Below, piece by piece: positions 58,277-64,000 of a stretch of DNA of 64,000 bases. This stretch comes from Paracoccaceae bacterium (lineage in GTDB: Bacteria > Pseudomonadota > Alphaproteobacteria > MPNO01 > UBA830). The translations under genes and the position numbers were made by a program. The stretch is from contig JBLIMV010000002.1 of assembly GCA_047638395.1 (NCBI GenBank), positions 162,787-226,786 of the forward strand, in the 5' to 3' direction. Below the pieces are notes generated by a model. That model made no database searches. It was not told the origin of the DNA and was given only the letters and a program-made list of their open reading frames with translations. The first letter of the stretch is position 1, and every line of letters starts with the position of its first letter.

Positions 58277-60574
58277 ATGCTCAGGTTGTTCAGACAGAAC
58301 CCAGCCCTCAATTACATCCTGATCGGGATACTCTGTGCGGCAGGCAGCCTTATGTCGCCAAGGGCATTTTCCGTCCTCGAATTCATCGAAAACTGGCTGG
58401 CGGACCTCCGCCTGACCAGCATCGCGCCGCCGATGGAAACTCATCCGGATATCGTCGTATTTACGATCACCGAAGACACCCTGGCCCAGTATCCATATCG
58501 CTTTCCGCTAGACCGCAGCATGCTCGCCGACGCGGTGAAGCGCTTCAATGCCGCCGGGGTCAAGGCGATCGGCATGGACGTTCTGTTCGATCAGCCGACC
58601 GAAACGCAAAAAGACAACCGACTGGCCGAGGCGATTGCCGAAAGCCGGGCCCCCGTCGTCGTCGGATGGGCATCCGGCGAAGAAGGGCTGACAGACAAGC
58701 AGGTAGAATACCTCCGGAGCTATCTGCCCGAAGCAATTCATGCACCGTCCAACCTGGTAAAGGCCCCCGGGGACGGCACCGTCCGGTGGGTGTATCCAGG
58801 CACCGTCACACCCAATGGATATCGGACGGCATTCGCGCCGGCACTGGCAGAAGCCGGCGGCGTAAAACCCACCCGCGAGACCCGGGATCTTTATTTCCGA
58901 AGCGGCGTGGACGGCGGCACGGCTCCCTTTCGGGTTTTCCCGCTCCATTTGCTGCCGAACCTCCCGCCACAATGGTACGCCGACAAGATCGTGTTGATCG
59001 GCGCTGATTTGCCGAACGAAGACCGCCACAGAACGCCTTTTGCAGCATTGCTCGGAAATGACGCGGGTTCATTGCCGGGTGTTGTTGTGCACGCCTTTGC
59101 GATCGCTCAGTTGATCGACGGAAAAACGTTCGATCGCCAGAATCTGATCATAGAATTGATTGCCGCCATCGTCGTCGCCGGGCTGGGCGTCTGGCTCGCC
59201 CTTCTTGGCATAGGGCTCGTTGCCAAGCTGGCGATGGCGGCGCTGGGAATCGCCATCATCTGGGGGAGCGGTTTCGCGCTGTTTTACGTGGCCAATGTAA
59301 TGGTGCCGATCTTTACCCCGAGCATGGCATTTGTAACGGCAATCGGGATAAGTACGGCTCTGGTCGGGCATTTCCACCGCCAGGAAAAGAAATTCGCCGA
59401 AGCGATGGTGCGCCGCCGGAATGAATCGCTCCACAAAATCGTCGAAAACAGTTTCGATGCGATCGTGGTCGCGACATCCGACGGCGAGATTAGATCGACC
59501 AACTCATCGGCGGATTTGGTTATGGGCTGGCACCCGGAAGATATCATCGGGTCGCAGATCACCGAGCACTTCCCCGACGTCGAGGAACTCAGCGAAGACT
59601 TCCTCGAACGCGACAAGCAGTACCGGCGAACGTCGAAGGGCGAGATCCAGCCACTCGAAATCGAATGTGCCCGCGCCGACGGCACACCGTTTACGATGGA
59701 GCTTGTCGTTTACACAGCGCCAGTGTCGGATCTGTCTGGAACGACCAACCTTGCCGGCGAACGTGTTTCCTATATTTACTCATTCCGCGACATTACCGCC
59801 CGCCACATGGCGGAACAGGCGCGCGAGGAGGCTCGCCAGCAAGCCGAAGCCGCCAACCGGGCAAAGACTGAATTCCTGGCAAACATGAGCCATGAACTCC
59901 GCACACCGCTGAATGCGATTATCGGGTTCTCAGAACTGATGCGGACGGAAGCGCTTGGGCCATTGGGGTCGCCCCAGTATCTGGAATACATGAACGACAT
60001 CAACGGCAGCGGCCAGCAACTTATCCAGGTCATCAACGATATTCTCGATATGTCTAAAATCGAGGCCGGGGAGCTGACCCCAATGGAAGAGGAATTCGAT
60101 TTTGTAACCGCCGCAGACACGTCCGTCCGACTGGTCGCGGACAGGGCCCAGAAAGGCGAGATAACTCTATTGAACACGGTTCCGGCCGACCTCCCGCTCC
60201 TCCTCGCCGATGAGCGAATGATCAAACAGATATTGCTGAACCTGCTGTCGAATGCGGTGAAATTCACACCCGAAGGGGGAATGGTGGAGCTCAGTGCCGA
60301 AGCGAGCTCTCTCGGTCTTGTTTTCTCCGTATCCGATACCGGTTGCGGCATCCCGGAAGATAAGATGGACGTTATCCTCGAACCCTTCGGTCAGGCCGAT
60401 ATGTCCCTGCAGCGCAACTACGAAGGCACCGGCCTTGGCCTGCCGCTGGTCAAGGCGATGGTCGAACTGCACGGAGGCACCCTGGAGATCTTAAGCCGAG
60501 AAGGCAAAGGAACCACCGCGACTGTCCGTATGCCCGCGAGCTGCCTTCTGGAAGACCGACGAAAAATAGCGTAG
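58277..60574 (+). CDS. CHASE2-PAS-HisKA-HATPase sensor histidine kinase
   Basis: N-terminal TM, periplasmic CHASE2-like domain, multi-TM block, PAS, H-box [12 protein letters not shown]. Paralogous to the 43195 kinase. Confidence 0.75.
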   Translation: [765 protein letters not shown]

Positions 60575-60626
60575 CGAACCTGCTTTGTAGCGGGTTTCAC
60601 AACTATCAACGCGATCCGGGGGAAAT

Positions 60627-60680
60627 TGGTGGAGCCGAGGAGGATCGAACTCCCGACCTCAGCGTTGCGAACGCTAGGGT
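60627..60680 (-). tRNA. tRNA-Ala(CGC)-like 3' fragment (anticodon arm to CCA); probable att site rather than an intact tRNA
   Basis: Minus strand reads UAGCG-UUCGCAA-CGCUG, AGGUC, GGGAG-UUCGAUC-CUCCU, CGGCUCC-A-CCA (U70 present). The upstream 5' half does not form acceptor or D arms. Confidence 0.5.
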
Positions 60681-60852
60681 GGGTAGTTTACCCATGATTC
60701 CCCGAGCACCCCTAGAAATTTCCGAACGCTACTTTCCCTTTGTTTCTGCCGATTAATTGGGTTACTTTTAACGCTGTGGTCATTTCTGATCATTACTGGA
60801 CGTTACCCTCAACGGGTGCCCTTTAGGTGCCCTAGTAAAAACAGGCACAGAC

Positions 60853-62175
60853 TTGGAATCGCGCACACTCACAAACACCGTCCTTCTAGATGCCTTAAAA
60901 CGGTACGGGAAGACTCCTCAGAAGGAATACCGTCTATGGGATGGTGGCACGGACGGGGTGCGTGGATTTGGTATTAGGGTGAAGCCAAGCGGAACGCGTT
61001 CGTTCTTCTATCAGTACACGTCGCCGACACTCCATAAAAAGCGACGGATCACTATCGGGCAGTACCCCGCCATACAGATCAAGTTCGCGAGGGAGGCAGC
61101 CCAAAAGTATGCTGTAAGGGTTCTCAATGGCGAAGACCCGCTGGAGACCAACCGGCTAGAAGAAGGCCCACAAACAGTATCCGAACTATGTGACCTATAT
61201 CTTGACCGCGCCCGTAAAGGGCTGATCCTGTATCGCGGACAGCCCAAAAAAACGTCTACAATTCAGACGGACGCTGGACGGATCGAGCGTCATATCAAAC
61301 CGGTTCTGGGCAAGCGCCGACTCAACGAAGTCAGGCAATCTCATGTCGAAGTGTTTAGGGACAAGATCGCTGCAGGAGAAACAGCCGCGACCGTCAAGAC
61401 CGGCCTTCGCGGGCTCGCGCGGGTTACTGGCGGCCACGGCGCAGCTACCCGCGCTATCGAGCTGCTCGGTTCAATTTTTTCATTTGCTATCCGTAACGCA
61501 TACATGGAAGGCGAAAACCCTGTGAAGGGTGTTGAGAAAAGCCGAAGTGTCTCGAATGATCGGTATCTGCGCCCCGATGAATATAAAGCCTTCGCTGATG
61601 CCCTAGGTGCGATGGAGAGAGAGGGAAAGAACGCCCCTGCCCTGAAGGCGTTCAGGCTGTTGGCACTCACAGGCGCCCGCCGCAACGAGATATTTGAACT
61701 GAAGCCCCATGAGGTTCAGCTAACAGAAAGCTATTTCGAATTCGATGATACTAAGACTGGCAAGCAACGCCGCGCATTCGGGAAAGCGGCAGCAAAGCTG
61801 TTGGCTGATACCATGAATGAGTCCGCCGACCGAACGTACCTTTTCCCAGGCGCGAGGCCGGGCACCCACACCCAAAATACGAAATTATTCAGAGCGGTCT
61901 GCCAAAGAGCGAAGCTGAAAGGGGTGACCCCGCACATATTAAGGCATTCTTTCTCGACCGTCGCAGGAAAACTGAATTATGCGGAGGTAACGATTGGGGC
62001 ACTTCTAGGACACTCTGGAACAACGGTCACTAGCCGGTACACACACCCAGTGGACGACGCAATCATCAGCGCAGCAGACAAGGTTTCTCAGACCATCGCC
62101 GGGTACATGAAGAACGGTGCGAAACCGCAAATAGCGAAAGTTGTCGAGTTCCCCAGCGAAAAGGTAAGGGGTTAG
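60853..62175 (+). CDS. int: tyrosine-type site-specific integrase (phage integrase family)
   Basis: C-terminal catalytic region (...HILRHSFST...LLGHSGTTVTSRYTH) with an R-H-R-Y-type pattern. Adjacent to the tRNA fragment. Confidence 0.8.
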   Translation: MESRTLTNTVLLDALKRYGKTPQKEYRLWDGGTDGVRGFGIRVKPSGTRSFFYQYTSPTLHKKRRITIGQYPAIQIKFAREAAQKYAVRVLNGEDPLETNRLEEGPQTVSELCDLYLDRARKGLILYRGQPKKTSTIQTDAGRIERHIKPVLGKRRLNEVRQSHVEVFRDKIAAGETAATVKTGLRGLARVTGGHGAATRAIELLGSIFSFAIRNAYMEGENPVKGVEKSRSVSNDRYLRPDEYKAFADALGAMEREGKNAPALKAFRLLALTGARRNEIFELKPHEVQLTESYFEFDDTKTGKQRRAFGKAAAKLLADTMNESADRTYLFPGARPGTHTQNTKLFRAVCQRAKLKGVTPHILRHSFSTVAGKLNYAEVTIGALLGHSGTTVTSRYTHPVDDAIISAADKVSQTIAGYMKNGAKPQIAKVVEFPSEKVRG

Positions 62176-62178
62176 GCC

Positions 62179-62880
62179 ATGCCATTCCATGATGAACAGC
62201 CAGAATTATGGCATTGGACCCAAGCCGTAGCGTGGATTGCATTCGATGATGATGACACAGAGGTCGGGGAGATAAGCCAAATCACTTATTTGCCTCGTTG
62301 CAGCGACAGCTACGGTGCCGCGAAGAATATTACCAGAGCAATACGTCAGATCGTTGAGCAAGTCGCAAACGAGATCATTCACCCAGTCATATGGCGCAAC
62401 AAACCATTCGAGTCGGACAAATGGAAACAACGCTTTGAATCTGACGGTCTAAGGATGTTCAACCGCGACTTGGAGGACACGCGTTCAGCTTTGTACGACG
62501 CAGTGTACAGCAAGTCGCGAATGGACTTCAGTTACCTCCATTTTCGTCGTAGTGACGTTCTTGCGCTTTGGCCTATCAAAGAACTGAACCAATTTCAGAA
62601 TGATCAGTTCGCCCCAGCAGACGTGCCATCAAATGAAACAGCCCCCAAAAAGTTGGAGCGAGACAATCCAACCGATAAAGAAATCTCCGCATTTACGACC
62701 AATCTCATTGCCGAACTATCTGCGAGTGGCGGGCGGCTAAATCGGAAGGTGTTTAGGGAAGCCTATTGTGAGAAATTTCCTGGACCGCAGCAGTCCAACG
62801 CCGATTTGGCATATGCAGACTTTGTCCCCGACGATGCAAAACCGAAAGCTGGCCGTCCCAAGAAATCCGCGATTCATTGA
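62179..62880 (+). CDS. hypothetical protein (island cargo)
   Basis: ORF of 233 aa, lower GC, no recognisable domain. Confidence 0.4.
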   Translation: MPFHDEQPELWHWTQAVAWIAFDDDDTEVGEISQITYLPRCSDSYGAAKNITRAIRQIVEQVANEIIHPVIWRNKPFESDKWKQRFESDGLRMFNRDLEDTRSALYDAVYSKSRMDFSYLHFRRSDVLALWPIKELNQFQNDQFAPADVPSNETAPKKLERDNPTDKEISAFTTNLIAELSASGGRLNRKVFREAYCEKFPGPQQSNADLAYADFVPDDAKPKAGRPKKSAIH

Positions 62881-63044
62881 GTGCGAAATCGGCCTACTCC
62901 GTTGATAATATTCACTTATTAATTCGCGGAATTTAATTCGCGATCTTTTAATTGGCGGCGGATTTAAACAACTTCGTCGCCAATTTTCTGTGTGTTTCTC
63001 TCATCTCCGTCGCCCACTGCGGGCATTACCCAGATGAGGAAAAG

Positions 63045-63293
63045 CTAGTGCTAAATCTCGAATCCCTCCCCGAAAACCTGATTCGGAAAGATGCATCAGA
63101 GTACTTGTTGCGGGTTCACGGTGTAAGCCGGAAGCCTAAAACGCTAGCCAAGTTGGCATGCGTCGGAGGTGGCCCAAAATTTCGAAAAGATGGTCGCTTC
63201 CCTCTCTATCCAGTCATCGAACTTGACGCCTATGCCCGTACAAAACTCGGCGAGCTCGTCAGTTCAAACGCTGAGGCTAGAGAAGCAGCCTGA
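63045..63293 (+). CDS. excisionase/AlpA-like helix-turn-helix DNA-binding protein
   Basis: GTG start with a GAGGA RBS. HTH-like ...ASEYLLRVHGVSRKPKTLAKLACVGGGPKFRK... The upstream 63-codon extension in the ORF track is probably non-coding (it overlaps the direct repeats). Confidence 0.45.
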   Translation, partial: LVLNLESLPENLIRKDASEYLLRVHGVSRKPKTLAKLACVGGGPKFRKDGRFPLYPVIELDAYARTKLGELVSSNAEAREAA

Positions 63294-63385
63294 TGCAAAC
63301 CGCCAAAAAAGAAACCCCGGCGCAGCAACGCCGAGGCTTCAAATCTTTTCGCGCTCTATCCCCCGTTTAAAAAGGATCAAGACAG

Positions 63386-63702
63386 TGATTAATATAGTAA
63401 CCGACGCCGGAAACGGCAACAAGAACCCCCTGCCCACCGTCGCTGGCCACCCTCGAAACCCCCTCGCCAAACTGGCTTCAATAAGTTTCCGTCGGTGCTT
63501 GCTCGATAGGAGCGACGGGTGGCCGAAGATTTATCGGGACTGCCTGAAGGCGCAGGGGCACGCCGCACCATATGAAATTCAATTTCTGACGGAGGTGACG
63601 GAACTTTGTGTGAACGGGCGACCGATCCCGAGCGCCGAGGCGGCAAAATTTGAGGCTCTCAGCAGTCGCATCATCCTAGGGCGTATAGGGGGTGTTCAAT
63701 GA
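63386..63702 (+). CDS. hypothetical protein (island)
   Basis: In-frame GTG with an AAGGA RBS inside ORF 63169-63702. Chosen to avoid a 125-bp overlap with the preceding gene. Confidence 0.3.
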
Positions 63703-64000
63703 ACGCCGAAACCATCGCGATAGCCCTCGGCGGAAAACGGGCGGGATCGGATTGGATGGCGCGTTGTCCGGCCCACAGCGACCGTACGCCATCCATGTCT
63801 TTAGCGGATGGCGATACGGGTAACGTCGTCGTCTGTTGCCATGCCGGATGCCCCCAGGAAGCGGTTATAGCCGCCTTGCGGGATAAGGGCGTATGGCCCG
63901 GCAAAAGCGATATAGAGCGCCCTGACCCGGCCCTGATCGCGCGTGAGTGCCTGAAACGCGAGCGTGAAGCGCAGGCCCGTATCGATTACGCGGTTGGTCT
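63699..64000 (+). CDS. phage/plasmid primase-like protein, N-terminal zinc-binding domain (partial, runs off the window)
   Basis: ATG overlaps the previous stop (ATGA). Motif ARCPAHSDRTPSMSL...VVCCHAGC is typical of P4-type primase zinc fingers. Confidence 0.5.
   Translation, partial: MNAETIAIALGGKRAGSDWMARCPAHSDRTPSMSLADGDTGNVVVCCHAGCPQEAVIAALRDKGVWPGKSDIERPDPALIARECLKREREAQARIDYAVG

Larger units (their letters stand above)
60611..64000 (+). mobile_element. integrase-bearing integrative element / genomic island (continues beyond the window)
   Basis: tRNA-derived att fragment + integrase + excisionase-like HTH + primase-like zinc-finger gene. Visibly lower GC than the surrounding DNA. Confidence 0.55.

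Noticed and set aside
60627-60716. Complete tRNA or tmRNA (including permuted two-piece ssrA) at the integrase junction
   Set aside because: The 3' half is tRNA-Ala-like, but the 5' portion (GGGGUGCUCGGGGAAUCAUGGGUAAACUACCC) cannot form a 7-bp acceptor stem with CGGCUCC or a D-arm. No tag ORF or pseudoknot is apparent, and the sequence downstream of CCA is antisense to the kinase gene. It was therefore called a 3' fragment or att site.
1-64000. CRISPR arrays, rRNA, IS elements
   Set aside because: No regularly spaced short repeats with unique spacers were seen. No rRNA-like conserved blocks. No transposase-like ORFs or terminal inverted repeats.

Overview
This is a high-GC (about 63%) chromosomal segment. 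The gene content (DUF2336, GlcG, TVP38/DedA next to a disulfide reductase) suggests an alphaproteobacterium, but that is inference. I read five blocks.

(1) 0.2-12.9 kb: a CoA-dependent aromatic or organic-acid catabolic cluster. The minus-strand run encodes 3-hydroxyacyl-CoA dehydrogenase, a nitronate monooxygenase-like enzyme, an enoyl-CoA hydratase, a DUF123/GIY-YIG-like protein, an LplA-like ligase, a PaaK-like CoA ligase, a TPP enzyme, a GST and an isochorismatase. It lies divergent from a Rieske dioxygenase alpha/beta pair and an MFS transporter.

(2) 13-17.7 kb: an orphan sensor kinase, a tiny secreted Cys-rich tandem-repeat protein, and a pyridine-nucleotide disulfide reductase with a TVP38/DedA membrane protein.

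(3) 17.9-35.9 kb: core housekeeping genes (rpmH-rnpA-yidD-yidC-engB-argB, GGDEF and EAL genes, dapD-dapE, truA-fmt-def, rmuC).

(4) 36-45 kb: accessory genes, including a likely selenocysteine (in-frame TGA) Bcp-type peroxiredoxin, an unlisted 59-aa zinc-ribbon gene, a minimal K+-channel pore protein, and a GAF-PAS-HisKA-HATPase kinase with an unusual C-terminal LOV domain.

(5) 45.3-60.6 kb: a two-partner-secretion locus. It encodes a TpsB transporter, a 2389-aa repetitive TpsA exoprotein, a TPR-CHAT protease with a signal peptide, a secreted hypothetical protein and a CHASE2 histidine kinase. The locus is bracketed by two imperfect direct repeats derived from a tRNA-Ala 3' end. It is followed at 60.6-64 kb by a lower-GC integrase, excisionase-like and primase-like mobile element.
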